From contig MFNF01000017.1 in assembly GCA_001783715.1 (NCBI GenBank), positions 19,366 to 83,365 of the forward strand: a stretch of DNA of 64,000 bases, read 5' to 3'. The notes under the pieces are model-generated. The model was given only the letters and a program-made list of their open reading frames with translations. It did no database searches and was not told the DNA's origin. Shown piece by piece: positions 53,112-64,000 of the stretch (position 1 is the stretch's first letter; each line of letters begins with the position of its first letter). The translations under genes and the position numbers were made by a program. This DNA is from Candidatus Lambdaproteobacteria bacterium RIFOXYD2_FULL_56_26 (GTDB lineage Bacteria > SAR324 > XYD2-FULL-50-16).

Positions 53112-55370
53112 TTGAGTTCTTCCTTGGACGACAAAAAACAAACTCTCAATCCAAATTCTTTGGGCCACCGGTTGGACCTTTGGCGCGGGGCGGCTTTACC
53201 CTTGCTGCTGACGCTGACCAAGCGGGTGACCAAGCTTTCCGTAGCCAGCCTGGGGCCGGTTTTAGACCCCGAGCCGACCCCGCTGGTGGTTTGGACCCAA
53301 AACCGAACCCCCTGGTTCAACCAAAGGGCGCAGATGGACCTTGGCCAGTCGGCGGTTGAGTTGCCCTCGGACTTTTGGAGCCGGTTGGAGGAACTGGGTT
53401 ATTGGGAAGGTGCCCTCCGGCTGGGCGACCAAACCGAACAGGCCATTGCCTTGCCCATTGACGGACAAAAGGCCTTGATGGCTCTGGGCTCCGGTCGGCC
53501 AGGGCTGAAGGTACTCAGTGAAGCACAAATCGCCTTGGACCCGGCCTTGGAAGGGATCTTTTTTAAGGCGATCTTGGAAACCGACCCCAACCTCATCTCC
53601 GTCAAAGACAAGGAAGGCCGGTTTCTCTTGGCCAACCGCTCCATGGCTCGGCTTTATGGGGTCCAGCGGGAACAGCTTTTGGGCCGTACCGATGGGGACT
53701 TCAACCCGGTGGCCGAGGACGTGGCCCGGATCAAAGAGGCCGACCAAAGGGTGATCGCCCTCAAGGAACCCTTGTTCATCCATGAAGAACACATCCAAAA
53801 TTGTTACGGCGAAGACCTGACCCTTCAGTCCATCAAGGTCCCGCTGTTTGATGGGGCAGGGGACTGTCACTCGGTCCTGGGGATCAGTGTGGACTTGACC
53901 AGCCAAAAGCGGTTTGAACAGGCCTTGGTTGAATCCAAAGAGACCGCCGAAAGGGCCAACCGGGCCAAGTCGGAGTTTTTGGCCAACATGAGCCACGAGA
54001 TTCGCACCCCGATGAATTCAATCTTGGGCTTTTCCGAGATTTTGACCTCTCTGGTCACCAACTCCAAACAAAAAGAATATTTAAGCGCCATTTTGTCCAG
54101 TGGCCGCACCTTGATGGCGTTGATCAACGACATCCTGGACCTCTCCAAGGTGGAGGCCGGAAAGCTCCGGTTGGAATACGTTCCGGTGGAGCTTTTCACC
54201 TTGTGCCAGGAACTGGGGCAGGTGTTTTCCCAGGTGATGCGGGAAAAGGGGCTGGCCTTCGAGCTGAAGCTGGGGCCTACCTTGCCCGCCAGGGTTTTCT
54301 TGGACGAGGTGCGGATGCGCCAGATGTTGCTCAACCTGATCGGCAATGCCGTAAAATTTACGGAGCAAGGGCGGATCACCTTGGCCCTGAATGCGGTTGG
54401 GAACGATCCAACGGTTCAACTGACCGTCAGCGTGGAGGACACGGGGATCGGTATCCCCGAAGACCAATTGGACAGCATCTTTGGAGCTTTCGATCAGCTT
54501 CGGGGGCAAAGCGCGGCCAAGTATGGCGGAACCGGGTTGGGGCTGGCAATCACCAAAAAATTGGTGGAAATGATGGGCGGGGAAATCCAGGTCCAAAGCT
54601 CCCTGGGAAAGGGCAGCAGATTTGACCTGATCCTTCCGGCGGTAGAGGTGCTGCAACCGGCTGATGAACAGGGCAAACCGGGAAAAATCGATTTTGAGGG
54701 GCTGGTCTTTGGGGCCGCCAAACTTTTGGTGGTGGACGACTTGACCGAAAACCGGCAGTTGATCTGCGGATTTTTGCCCTACCCCAAGCTCTCCTTGGCG
54801 GAAGCCAAAGACGGCTGGGAGGCTTTGGAACTCGCCGCTTCTTGGCAACCGGACCTGATCCTGCTGGACTACAAGATGCCCGGGCTGGGGGGGAAAGAAG
54901 TCCTAGAAAAGCTTCGTGCCCGGCCCGAAACCGCCGGTATTCCGGTGGTGGTGGTGACGGCGGCGGTGATGAAAGACCAGGAATTGGACCTGAAAAACGA
55001 ATTTTCCGGTTATCTCTCCAAACCCATTCGGCGGGAAGATTTATTGACCTGCCTGTGCCGCTTTTTGGCTCACGACTTCCAACGGGTGAACGCTCCGGCC
55101 TGTCGCCTGCCCTTGAGCCGACAAGCACTGGCGGCCCTGGAGGGCTTTGGCCCCTACCAGGAGAAGTACTCGGTGGCGGTGGAAGAGCTGGTTTTGAACC
55201 AGACCATCAACGACATGGAGGACTTCGGGCAAAAGGTCCTCACCGAAGCCAAGGAGATGGGGTTTTGTGCCCTGGAGAATTGGGCGGAAGAACTGGTGGA
55301 GATGTGCATGGTCTTTGACATGGCCGGGGTCAGCAAACTGTTCAAGGAACTGCAAAAGGCAATGGAGTGA
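53112..55370 (+). CDS. hybrid sensor histidine kinase (PAS-HisKA-HATPase-REC, C-terminal Hpt-like region)
   Basis: H-box ANMSHEIRTPMNSILGFSEIL; N/G boxes LIGNAVKFT, DTGIGI, GGTGLGLAITKKLVEMMGGEI; receiver LLVVDDLTENRQ...LLDYKMPGLGG. Start uncertain. Confidence 0.85.
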   Translation: MSSSLDDKKQTLNPNSLGHRLDLWRGAALPLLLTLTKRVTKLSVASLGPVLDPEPTPLVVWTQNRTPWFNQRAQMDLGQSAVELPSDFWSRLEELGYWEGALRLGDQTEQAIALPIDGQKALMALGSGRPGLKVLSEAQIALDPALEGIFFKAILETDPNLISVKDKEGRFLLANRSMARLYGVQREQLLGRTDGDFNPVAEDVARIKEADQRVIALKEPLFIHEEHIQNCYGEDLTLQSIKVPLFDGAGDCHSVLGISVDLTSQKRFEQALVESKETAERANRAKSEFLANMSHEIRTPMNSILGFSEILTSLVTNSKQKEYLSAILSSGRTLMALINDILDLSKVEAGKLRLEYVPVELFTLCQELGQVFSQVMREKGLAFELKLGPTLPARVFLDEVRMRQMLLNLIGNAVKFTEQGRITLALNAVGNDPTVQLTVSVEDTGIGIPEDQLDSIFGAFDQLRGQSAAKYGGTGLGLAITKKLVEMMGGEIQVQSSLGKGSRFDLILPAVEVLQPADEQGKPGKIDFEGLVFGAAKLLVVDDLTENRQLICGFLPYPKLSLAEAKDGWEALELAASWQPDLILLDYKMPGLGGKEVLEKLRARPETAGIPVVVVTAAVMKDQELDLKNEFSGYLSKPIRREDLLTCLCRFLAHDFQRVNAPACRLPLSRQALAALEGFGPYQEKYSVAVEELVLNQTINDMEDFGQKVLTEAKEMGFCALENWAEELVEMCMVFDMAGVSKLFKELQKAME

Positions 55371-55430
55371 CTTTTTTTCAAGCGTTCGAGTTTTTGGGGC
55401 TTTTTGGGTGTACTTAGGGGGACTTTCAGC

Positions 55431-56744
55431 ATGAACAATCCACATACCAATTACCTGAAAAACACGGCTCCCCAAAGCCGTGAGGACTTTATCAATCTTC
55501 TGGGCCAGACCTCCTTGTTTGCCGGGTTGCCCAAGGAATTGCGCAGTCGGATCTTCGATTATGCCAAATTCATGGACTTGGGCAACGGTGAACGCCCGGT
55601 GGTGGAAGGCATGTTTGACCAAGAGATTTATCTTTTGATCAAAGGGCGGCTGGATGTTTTCATCAAGCTGGAAAACAAAAAGGAAAAGCAGATCGACAGC
55701 CTGGGCGAGTCGTTCACCCTGTTCGGGGAGCGGTGCCTGTTGGGACAGCCTCGGGGGGCTTCCATCCAGTCCAACGGCGAGTCGCTGCTCTTGGGGCTCG
55801 ACCTCTCCTCCCTGCCCGACTTGAACGAACACTTGGAAGACCCTTCGGTCCGCCTGGAGGACTCGGCCTACCAAGACAACCTGGACATGTATCTGGTGGT
55901 GGCCTCGGTTCTGTACGGACGGCTGGAGCGGTTGGTGCACGACCAATACAAGTTGGCCAACCGGATCCGGGGCATGAAAAAAGGCATCCGGGTCAAAAAG
56001 CACAATGTGTTGATGACCCAGTTGTACAATGAATTGGTGGAAAACCGGTTGGCTGTGGAGTTGCGTTCCCCGGAAATTTGGCGGAGGTTGTTGCGAAACC
56101 TGAAAAGCGAGGTGTTAGACCGGCTTTTGGAAGAAGAGGTTTTGAACACCGCCCGGATTTATGAAGAGCTGGTTCGGCTCCAAGCGTTGGGGTTGTTGCA
56201 ACAAAGGGACTGGGTCTATGACCTGCTCAAACGCCTGACCGAGCAGGCCAAGTTCCTGAAGCGGTACTATGAGCCTTTGCAGGTGGATTCCAATGGGCTG
56301 CCCGAAGTGATGGAGTTGGCCCAATGTCTGGAGGATTTGCACCTGAACGTCGAAAAAGCCGGAATCTTGACCCGGTCCATCCATTTCTCCGAGTTCTTGG
56401 AAGCCCTGGACGACCAGGGGCGCTGGAATCCCTCGGGATTGGTGAAGCACTTGGGCGAGGTGGGGCTGCTCACCAGTTGGTTTGGCCGGGCCCATTTGGC
56501 GCTGGTCTTGTGCAGCGCCTTGATCTCTTTGATGGGCAAGGCCAATCAGGTGATCGCCAGCTACGTCAGCTTCCTGGGCAACCTGCACACCCAGCCCCGG
56601 CAGTTCCCCAAACAAACCGGGGAGGATCTGGCCTCCTTGTTCGAGACCTTTTACCAATCCCTGCAAAAGTCCCCCGGACCGGAGGCCGCTCTGGAGGCGG
56701 TCGAACCTTCGGTGGACAGTTTGTTGGCCCAGTTTGGGATGTAA
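55431..56744 (+). CDS. cyclic-nucleotide-binding (cNMP/Crp-like) domain protein with unknown C-terminal domain
   Basis: LFAGLPKELRSRIFDYAKFMDLGNGERPVVEGMFDQEIYLLIKGRLDVF...FGERCLL is the cNMP-binding beta-roll pattern. Start set at MNNPH (55431). Confidence 0.65.
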   Translation: MNNPHTNYLKNTAPQSREDFINLLGQTSLFAGLPKELRSRIFDYAKFMDLGNGERPVVEGMFDQEIYLLIKGRLDVFIKLENKKEKQIDSLGESFTLFGERCLLGQPRGASIQSNGESLLLGLDLSSLPDLNEHLEDPSVRLEDSAYQDNLDMYLVVASVLYGRLERLVHDQYKLANRIRGMKKGIRVKKHNVLMTQLYNELVENRLAVELRSPEIWRRLLRNLKSEVLDRLLEEEVLNTARIYEELVRLQALGLLQQRDWVYDLLKRLTEQAKFLKRYYEPLQVDSNGLPEVMELAQCLEDLHLNVEKAGILTRSIHFSEFLEALDDQGRWNPSGLVKHLGEVGLLTSWFGRAHLALVLCSALISLMGKANQVIASYVSFLGNLHTQPRQFPKQTGEDLASLFETFYQSLQKSPGPEAALEAVEPSVDSLLAQFGM

Positions 56745-56771
56745 GGTTTCCTCTGGGAAACCGACCGGGAC

Positions 56772-57116
56772 CTAAAAGTGGTTCAGCTCCAGCCGCAACC
56801 CTTTGATGGAAGCTTCGGCGATGGGCCGGACCAAGTCGAGCAGGACCGGGATCATCTCCGGTTTCCCCTTGGAGCGTTGGAGCTGCATCGCCTTGCACAG
56901 GTCCCCCAAGGCTTGAGCCCCCAGGTTCAGGGCAATCCCTTTGAGCTTGTGGGCCTCATCCTCAAAGGCCTCAAAGGATTCGGACCGGTATAGGTCTTCC
57001 AGGTTTGCCAACAGATTGGGGTAATCCGCTTCAAACTTGTTGATCAGTCCGGCGAAAAAGTCCTTGCCCAAGACCCGCCGGGTTTCAAGCAAAGGGGAAT
57101 CGATCAATTCAATCAT
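56772..57116 (-). CDS. Hpt (histidine phosphotransfer) domain protein
   Basis: AHKLKGIALNLGAQALGDLC is the Hpt HxxKG motif; 114 aa. Confidence 0.8.
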   Translation of the reverse strand: MIELIDSPLLETRRVLGKDFFAGLINKFEADYPNLLANLEDLYRSESFEAFEDEAHKLKGIALNLGAQALGDLCKAMQLQRSKGKPEMIPVLLDLVRPIAEASIKGLRLELNHF

Positions 57117-57195
57117 GGTTTATAGGCTAGGTTGTGCCTGCACCTAGTCTCCAAAGGCGACCGCCCTTGGGTTTGAGGTGAGGTGGGTTGTGGGG

Positions 57196-58638
57196 TTAGG
57201 CCAGCTGGATGGAAGAAAAAACCTCTAGGGTCCGGTCGCCAAAAACCTCGGTTGCCTGCATGTCCCCGACAATTTCAACGTACAATTCTGTTTCCAGTAA
57301 GATCAGTTGGTTGTGGGTTAACTCCTCCCCCGCTTTGTTGACCACCGGGACCACCATGGGGCGGCTGGCATCGTTGGGGGACTGGGAGACCACAAAGGCC
57401 AGTTCCCCGCTGCTCAACCGCACCAAAGAGCCGACCGGGTACTTGCCCATCAGGCCCAAAAAGACCGACCAGCTTTTTTCCTCAAACTCGCTGCCGACCA
57501 AGGCTTCCATGAACCGCATCGCCGCCGGGGGGGACCAAGTCTTGGCGTAGTTGCGCCGACCGGTGAGCCCTTGGAAAACATCCAGCAGGGAAAGCAATCT
57601 GGACTCGGTGGAGGCGTTTTTAAAAAGCAGTTTTTCCGGGTAGCTGCTGGCCAAGGAGGAGTCGAATTTTACATGGTGGTACAAGGCCATGTTGACGATG
57701 ACCGGCGGCATGCCGATCTTTTCGAGCATTTTTGCCCCCTCTTGGGGATGCTGACGGATCAGGTTCCACTCGGGGCTGCCCTTGTCGAATTTGTCTTTGC
57801 TCTCGTAGATATCCTTGGGCACCTTGGCCATACCAAAGTCGTGCACAAAGGCCCCCAAAAAGACCTCCCTCCGGGTGCTCAGGCCGCTGGGGTGGACCCC
57901 GATCCGGGCGATGTAGTCGAAGTACATGGAATGGAACATCGCCCCCAGCTCAATGCTGTGTTGGTAGGCGTTGTCGTTTTGCTCCAACAGGGAAATCAGC
58001 TTCAAGACCTCCAGGCCATGGTCGGCCAGGATAACATCTACCTGCCGGTTGACCGTATCCAGGTTGACCTTTTCGTTGCGGATCGCCTCGAAGGTATGTT
58101 CCAACTCTTGGGTCGCCTGGTGGTTTAGGGTTCGTCCCAGGTCGATTTTTTCTAGGATCCGGTTGATGGTCTTGACCTTTTCCCTGTAAACCATCTCCTT
58201 GGCGGAATCGCTTTTGGCTTCGGTCTCGGCGATAACCAAGGTCAGGCCGTTGGATTCCAGTTCTTCGCCGAAGTTGCCGGAATGGACCACAAAGTCCTTG
58301 CCGGTCAGTTCCAAGTGCTCAAGCCGAAGCAGGTGGTCCGATACCTTGACTTGGTTGACCGGCAAGCTGACCTCTTCCCCGGTTCTTCTGACCTTGGCCA
58401 CAGCCTTGTCGAAGTTGAGCTTGATCCAATCGGCCTGTTGCGGCCCCATGGGGGTGTAGCTGTCGGTAAAACCGACGATTGCAATCACCTTCATGCCGGA
58501 GGCAAGATTTTGGGAAGCCAGAAGTTTTTGGATCTGTTTGGACATCTTAAGTGGTTGGCCAAGAGTGTTGCCCCACTCTACCAACTTTGTGCAAAAAACC
58601 CTAGTGGGAAAACCCGTACCCCGGACTTGGCGCGACAA
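57196..58638 (-). CDS. HD-GYP-type phosphohydrolase with degenerate GYP motif (SYP)
   Basis: HD pair in FVHDFGMAKVP; IRQHPQEGAKML; YHHVKFDSSLASSYPEKL where canonical proteins have HHE.xDGxGYP; LLSLLDVFQGLTGRRNY. Start may be the internal Met at 58545 (MSKQIQ). Confidence 0.65.
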   Translation of the reverse strand: MSRQVRGTGFPTRVFCTKLVEWGNTLGQPLKMSKQIQKLLASQNLASGMKVIAIVGFTDSYTPMGPQQADWIKLNFDKAVAKVRRTGEEVSLPVNQVKVSDHLLRLEHLELTGKDFVVHSGNFGEELESNGLTLVIAETEAKSDSAKEMVYREKVKTINRILEKIDLGRTLNHQATQELEHTFEAIRNEKVNLDTVNRQVDVILADHGLEVLKLISLLEQNDNAYQHSIELGAMFHSMYFDYIARIGVHPSGLSTRREVFLGAFVHDFGMAKVPKDIYESKDKFDKGSPEWNLIRQHPQEGAKMLEKIGMPPVIVNMALYHHVKFDSSLASSYPEKLLFKNASTESRLLSLLDVFQGLTGRRNYAKTWSPPAAMRFMEALVGSEFEEKSWSVFLGLMGKYPVGSLVRLSSGELAFVVSQSPNDASRPMVVPVVNKAGEELTHNQLILLETELYVEIVGDMQATEVFGDRTLEVFSSIQLA

Positions 58639-58670
58639 AAAGATGCGGTCTTGGGAGCCTTAGTACCAGC

Positions 58671-59788
<1,118 letters not shown>

Positions 59789-59792
<4 letters not shown>

Positions 59793-60715
59793 CCGTCGAT
59801 CTCCTTTTGGGGGGCAAATGCGATGCGGTTTCGACCGTTGTTTTTGGCTTCATAGAGCAATTTGTCGGCGGTGTCGATCAACTCCAGTTCGTTGCCGCCG
59901 TTAAACTCGGTCGCCCCGCCGCTGATGGTGATGGCAAGGCCGGGCTGGGTCCAGGTGAGGGCCGCGATGTTTTTGCGGATCTTTTCGGCCACCACTTTGG
60001 TGTCGGCCAAGGTGGCTTTGGGCAGCACCACCAGAAATTCTTCCCCGCCGTACCGTCCGGCCAGGTCCGATTCCCGGATCGAGTCCTTGATGGTTCGGGC
60101 CACTTTGACCAAAACTTCATCCCCCACCGGGTGGCCATAAACGTCGTTGACCTTTTTGAAGTGGTCCAGGTCAAACATGATCACCGAAACCGGGTCCCCG
60201 TAACGCCGGGCATCGGCCAACTCTTTGGAGAGGATCTCAAAGATGAATTTGTGGTTGTACAGCTGGGTCAGGCCATCGGAAATCACCATTTGCTCCAGGA
60301 CCTGATTTTTTTCCTCCAACTCCACCAAGGCCCGGCGCAGCTTGAGGTGGGTCCGCACTCGGGCGAGCAGCACTACCGCACTGAAGGGTTTGGAGACAAA
60401 GTCCACCGCCCCCGACTCGAACCCCAAAACCACGTCTTTGGTTTCGGTTTTGGCGGTCAAAAAGATCACCGGGATTGGTTCGGTCCGAACATTGGCCTTG
60501 AGCCTTTTGCAGGTTTCGTAGCCGTCGATCCCTGGCATCATTACGTCCAGCAGAATCAAATCGGGCAAAACCTTGTTGGCCAACTCCAGGGCCGATTCTC
60601 CGTCGTAGGCAACGTTGATCAGGTAGTTTTCCTTGCGCAGCAGAGTCCCCAGCAGGTGGATGTTTTTTTGGGTGTCATCCACGATCAAAATGCGAAAGGC
60701 CTTGTTTTCGTTCAT
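59789..60715 (-). CDS. response regulator with GGDEF diguanylate cyclase output (PleD/WspR-like)
   Basis: Receiver ILIVDDTQKNIHLL...LILLDVMMPGIDGYE; GGDEF domain DGLTQLYNHKF...FDLDHFKKVNDVYGHPVGDEVL...RYGGEEFLVVLP (active-site GGEEF) with an RxxD-like I-site context. Confidence 0.9.
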
Positions 60716-63420
60716 GGTGCCAGGGAGCGAAGGGCTTGTTGAAACTCTTGGGTCAATCTTTCGTAATCCTGCAGGCTTTCCTTGAGTCGTTCGGCCTCAA
60801 ATCCCAGGGCCAGCTGGTAGAGTAGTGTACCCCATTGCTCCAAGGGCGGGTACCCCTCTTTTTTAGCCGCTTGGGAAAGTTCAAGCCCCAGCGCTTCGGC
60901 ATCGTTGAGGGTGAGGGTTTCCCGAACCGCCTTGACTTGAGGGCCAAACTCCCGTTTGAGCAACGTCAAGAGCCTATTCCACTTGACCGGGTCCCCCTTG
61001 AGCGGGCCTGTGACCTCCGGCTGGGGAGCGGGCTCATTGTTTGGGATATCGTGTTTTAAGTAAAGGGCCAATTTTGAAAGTAAACTGATTTTAGACAGTG
61101 GCTTGGAGAGTATATTGTCGCACAGCCCCAGGATTCTCTCCTCCTCGTTTTTCATCACCGCAGCGGTGACGGCGATCACCGGGATCTTTTGCAGGAACGG
61201 GTTTCCCTTGAGTTTGGCGGTCGCTTGGTAGCCGTCTAGGACCGGCATCTTCATGTCCATCAGGATCAACGCCGGTTGGTAGGTGGTCGCCAGGTCCAGG
61301 GCTTCTTCGCCATTGGAGCCTTCCAAGATTTCAAAAGGGTACTTGGAAAGGTATTGTTTGATCAAAGTGCGGTTGACCGCCAAGTCGTCAACTACCAACA
61401 AGGTGGCGGGGGCAAAGCTCAGGTGGCCTAGGTCTCCGGGCTGTTCTTCGACAGGTTTTTGGCTGACTCGGCTGAAGCCGACTCCCGTCAGCTTGACCAC
61501 AAAGGTGGTTCCCTGGCCCAGACGGCTTTTGACCAAAATTTGCCCGCCCATCATCTCCACCAAACGTTTGGTAATGGCCAGCCCCAGCCCGGTACCACCG
61601 TACTTGGAACTTTGCCCTTCCACCTGTTCAAAGGCTCCGAAGATACGCTCCAGGTTCTCCTGGGCAATCCCGATCCCGGTGTCTTCGACCATCAGCACCA
61701 AGTCCAAGGTGGATTCACCTTGGTGCAGGGCTTTGACGGCCAGACGGACATGACCTTGTTGGGTGAATTTGACCGCATTGCCCACCAGATTCAACAAAAT
61801 CTGCCGCAACCGGACCTCATCGGCCAAGATGGCCGGGGGCAACTGGGGGTCCAATTTGACCCAAAAGGCCAGCCCCCGTTCCTCCGCCTTTTGGGAAAAG
61901 AGCTCCCGCATTTCGTAGATCAAAGGCCTTGGGTCAAAGTGGGTCAGCTCCAGGCGGATCTTGCCCGCCTCGACCTTGGAGAGGTCCAGGATGTCGTTGA
62001 TCAAGGTCAACAAGGCATGGCCGCTGGTTTGGATGTGCCGGACAAATTGGGCCTGTTGGGGGTCTTCCACCAAGTCGGCGAGGATCTCGGAAAAACCCAA
62101 AATGGCATTCATCGGGGTACGGATTTCGTGGCTCATGTTGGCCAGAAACTCGGACTTTGCCTGATTGGCCCGGCTGGCCTCCTTGGTGGCGTTGATCAAG
62201 GCTTCTTCCGCCTGCTTTCGTTGGGTGATGTCCTCTTTGATGCCCAGGTAGTGGGTGATCTGGTGGTGTTGGTCAAAGACGGGGGTGATGTGGGTCAACT
62301 CATGGTAGAGCGTGCCGTCCTTCCTGCGGTTGATCAATTCGCCCGACCAGGGGTGGCCGGATTTGATGCTGGTCCAGAGTTCCTTGTAGGTGTTTTTGGA
62401 GGTCTGGCCACTTTTGAGGATTTTGGGATTCTTCCCTTCCAATTCGTCGGGACGGTACCCGGTCAGGGAACAAAACTTCCGGTTTACGTACTCGATCCGC
62501 CCCTTGGTGTCGGTGATCAGGATGCTGGTCGGGCTTTGTTCTACCGCCTGGGAGAGTTTTCGCAGCTTTTCTTCAGCCAGCTTGCGGCTGGAGATATCCC
62601 GGATCGACAGCAGCCGGGCGGCCTTGCCTTCAACCAGGATGCGCTCAGAGCCGATCTCCACCAGAATCGGGTCGCCTTCTTGCGGTTGTGCCTGCCATTC
62701 CAAAAGCGCTCCGCGGCTTTGGGACTCCAGTTTTTGGGCCAGTTCTTTTTTGGGCCACTTGGGGCCATACAGCAGGTCAGAAGCCAAAAGGCCCCCCATT
62801 TGGTCCTGGCTGAGCCCAAACATCTTGACCGCCCCTAGGTTGCATTCGGTGATCCGAAAGTTGGAGTCCAAGATCAAAATGGCATCGCTGATCCCGTCAA
62901 ACAGGGCCTGCAAGGTCCTTCTGGAGCTGAGCAGGTTCTCTTGCGCCTTCTTGCGTTCTTCGATCTCTTGGGTCAGGTGCCGGTTCAGCTGGTGGAGTTC
63001 CAACAGGCTTTGGGTCAGGGCCAATTCTTGGCGGTTGAGCTCCAAAAACACCTTTACCTTGCCCAGCAGAACCGTGGGTTCGTAGGGTTTGGTCAAAAAA
63101 TCCACCGCACCTAAGCTGTAGGCCTCCGCCATTTTGGGGGCTACATCCAAAACGCCGGACAAAAAGAGCAGGGGCAAGGGGTGGTTGAGTTTAAGTCCCT
63201 TGATTTGGGCCGCCAACTGCAGCCCGTCCACATCGGGCATCATGATGTCCAGTATGCCCAAGGCAAAGTCGTGCTCTTGGGCCAATTGCAGCGCTTCCCC
63301 GGCGGTGCCGACCGCAAGGATCTCCACGCTGAGGCGGTGCAAAAGCCGGGTCAAGGCCGCCCGATTCTCCGGTTGGTCGTCAACCACCAGGATCTTGGGC
63401 AATTGGGGTGCAGTGTCCAT
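60712..63420 (-). CDS. multi-sensor hybrid histidine kinase (REC-PAS-PAS-HisKA-HATPase-REC, C-terminal Hpt-like)
   Basis: N-terminal receiver ILVVDDQPENRA...ILDIMMPDVDG; two PAS segments; H-box ANMSHEIRTPMNAILGFSEIL; G-box GGTGLGLAITKRLVEMMGGQI; second receiver LLVVDDLAVNRT...ILMDMKMPVLDG. Boxes near-identical to the kinase at 53112..55370. Confidence 0.88.
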   Translation of the reverse strand: MDTAPQLPKILVVDDQPENRAALTRLLHRLSVEILAVGTAGEALQLAQEHDFALGILDIMMPDVDGLQLAAQIKGLKLNHPLPLLFLSGVLDVAPKMAEAYSLGAVDFLTKPYEPTVLLGKVKVFLELNRQELALTQSLLELHQLNRHLTQEIEERKKAQENLLSSRRTLQALFDGISDAILILDSNFRITECNLGAVKMFGLSQDQMGGLLASDLLYGPKWPKKELAQKLESQSRGALLEWQAQPQEGDPILVEIGSERILVEGKAARLLSIRDISSRKLAEEKLRKLSQAVEQSPTSILITDTKGRIEYVNRKFCSLTGYRPDELEGKNPKILKSGQTSKNTYKELWTSIKSGHPWSGELINRRKDGTLYHELTHITPVFDQHHQITHYLGIKEDITQRKQAEEALINATKEASRANQAKSEFLANMSHEIRTPMNAILGFSEILADLVEDPQQAQFVRHIQTSGHALLTLINDILDLSKVEAGKIRLELTHFDPRPLIYEMRELFSQKAEERGLAFWVKLDPQLPPAILADEVRLRQILLNLVGNAVKFTQQGHVRLAVKALHQGESTLDLVLMVEDTGIGIAQENLERIFGAFEQVEGQSSKYGGTGLGLAITKRLVEMMGGQILVKSRLGQGTTFVVKLTGVGFSRVSQKPVEEQPGDLGHLSFAPATLLVVDDLAVNRTLIKQYLSKYPFEILEGSNGEEALDLATTYQPALILMDMKMPVLDGYQATAKLKGNPFLQKIPVIAVTAAVMKNEEERILGLCDNILSKPLSKISLLSKLALYLKHDIPNNEPAPQPEVTGPLKGDPVKWNRLLTLLKREFGPQVKAVRETLTLNDAEALGLELSQAAKKEGYPPLEQWGTLLYQLALGFEAERLKESLQDYERLTQEFQQALRSLAP

Positions 63421-63564
63421 AGGTTTGGAATCAAAGTGCTGATCCCATTCTGCCCTGAAAGAGCGGGAGATACAAGTTCAACTGAAGTTAAGAGAAAAGA
63501 TAGGTGACAATTTTCGTTCTTTCGCTATAATCCAAGCTAGACTTGCAATGACCTTTGGAGAAAC

Positions 63565-63987
63565 ATGGCGTTTATCGAGTGGAATGATCGTTTGGCGACC
63601 CACATCAAGGTGGTGGATGAAGAGCACAAGTTTTTGATCGAAAACCTGAATGTTCTCTACGAGGTTTCCACCGACCGCACCAGCGCCACGGAAGAGCGGG
63701 ACAAATTGGCCCGAGCGGTGTTGGAAAACCTGGGTTATTACATCCACACCCATTTTGTGGTGGAAGAAGAGCTGATGCGGGTCTTCCAGTATCCGGGGAC
63801 GGATGCCCACAAAGCGGAACACAAAGGTTTCACCGACAAGATCACCTACCTTGCGGGAGTGATTTCCGAAGGGGGCATGGACATCTCCATCGCCCTGTTG
63901 ACCTTTCTAAAGGACTGGCTTTCCACCCATATTATGGAAACCGATGCCAGGATGGGAAAGTTTTTGACCGAACGGGGACAAAATTGA
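63565..63987 (+). CDS. bacteriohemerythrin (hemerythrin-like metal-binding protein)
   Basis: IEWNDRLATHIKVVDEEHKFLIE...HFVVEEELM...HKAEHKGF...DWLSTHIMETD has the H/E/D ligand spacing of hemerythrin HHE domains; 140 aa. Confidence 0.85.
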   Translation: MAFIEWNDRLATHIKVVDEEHKFLIENLNVLYEVSTDRTSATEERDKLARAVLENLGYYIHTHFVVEEELMRVFQYPGTDAHKAEHKGFTDKITYLAGVISEGGMDISIALLTFLKDWLSTHIMETDARMGKFLTERGQN

Positions 63988-64000
63988 ATTCTTTTGCTTT

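Noticed and set aside
59807-62838. 311-aa and 459-aa plus-strand ORFs
   Set aside because: Antisense to the REC-GGDEF and hybrid kinase genes, whose catalytic motifs are intact on the minus strand.

Overview
This is a high-GC (roughly 57-60% by eye) bacterial chromosomal window with about 57 protein-coding genes and no rRNA, tRNA, CRISPR array, integrase or transposase that I could find. All calls come from motifs and family signatures read directly off the six-frame translations; no database search was run.

Main blocks:
1. 1-6685: the N-terminal part of a TIGR01212-type radical SAM gene, overlapping the 3' end of an XPB/Rad25-family SF2 helicase. A divergent operon follows: DUF2254-like membrane protein, a secreted protein, and a 556-aa hypothetical.
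2. 6773-20000: housekeeping genes. TPR protein, glyA, a TerB-DUF2225 fusion translationally coupled to a CheY receiver and followed by a PAS protein, a beta-carbonic anhydrase, an orphan receiver, the conserved rho-rpmE-prfA block, a membrane protein and a PHP histidinol-phosphatase-like gene.
3. 20008-21192: a candidate DUF790/Bax1-like gene. This family normally partners XPB, but here it lies about 18 kb from the XPB helicase.
4. 21601-33219: a head-less contractile phage-tail-like module on the minus strand. It contains a sheath, a tube, a Pro-rich protein in the tape-measure position, a gp25/W-like protein, a gpV-like spike, a baseplate J, a gpI-like protein and two diverged tandem tail-fibre paralogs, each followed by its own strong intrinsic terminator. 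No capsid, portal, terminase or integrase genes are present. It is a candidate tailocin or eCIS-like particle and the most interesting system in the window.
5. 33500-35480: pcm, a tandem UspA, and a PilZ protein.
6. 35643-48629: a Pel-type exopolysaccharide locus. pelG, pelF, pelE and pelD look conventional. pelB is apparently split into a TPR protein and a separate signal-peptide-bearing beta-barrel. pelA is split into a separate GH114 hydrolase and a CE4 deacetylase. No pelC is detectable.
7. 48630-52991: an unknown 439-aa protein, a TPR protein, an Ogr/Delta-like zinc-finger gene next to a Cys-rich mini-ORF, and a monohaem cytochrome c.
8. 53112-63987: a dense c-di-GMP/phosphorelay signalling island with two paralogous hybrid histidine kinases, a cNMP-binding protein, an Hpt protein, an HD-GYP protein with a degenerate SYP motif, a REC-histidine kinase, a REC-GGDEF protein and a bacteriohemerythrin.
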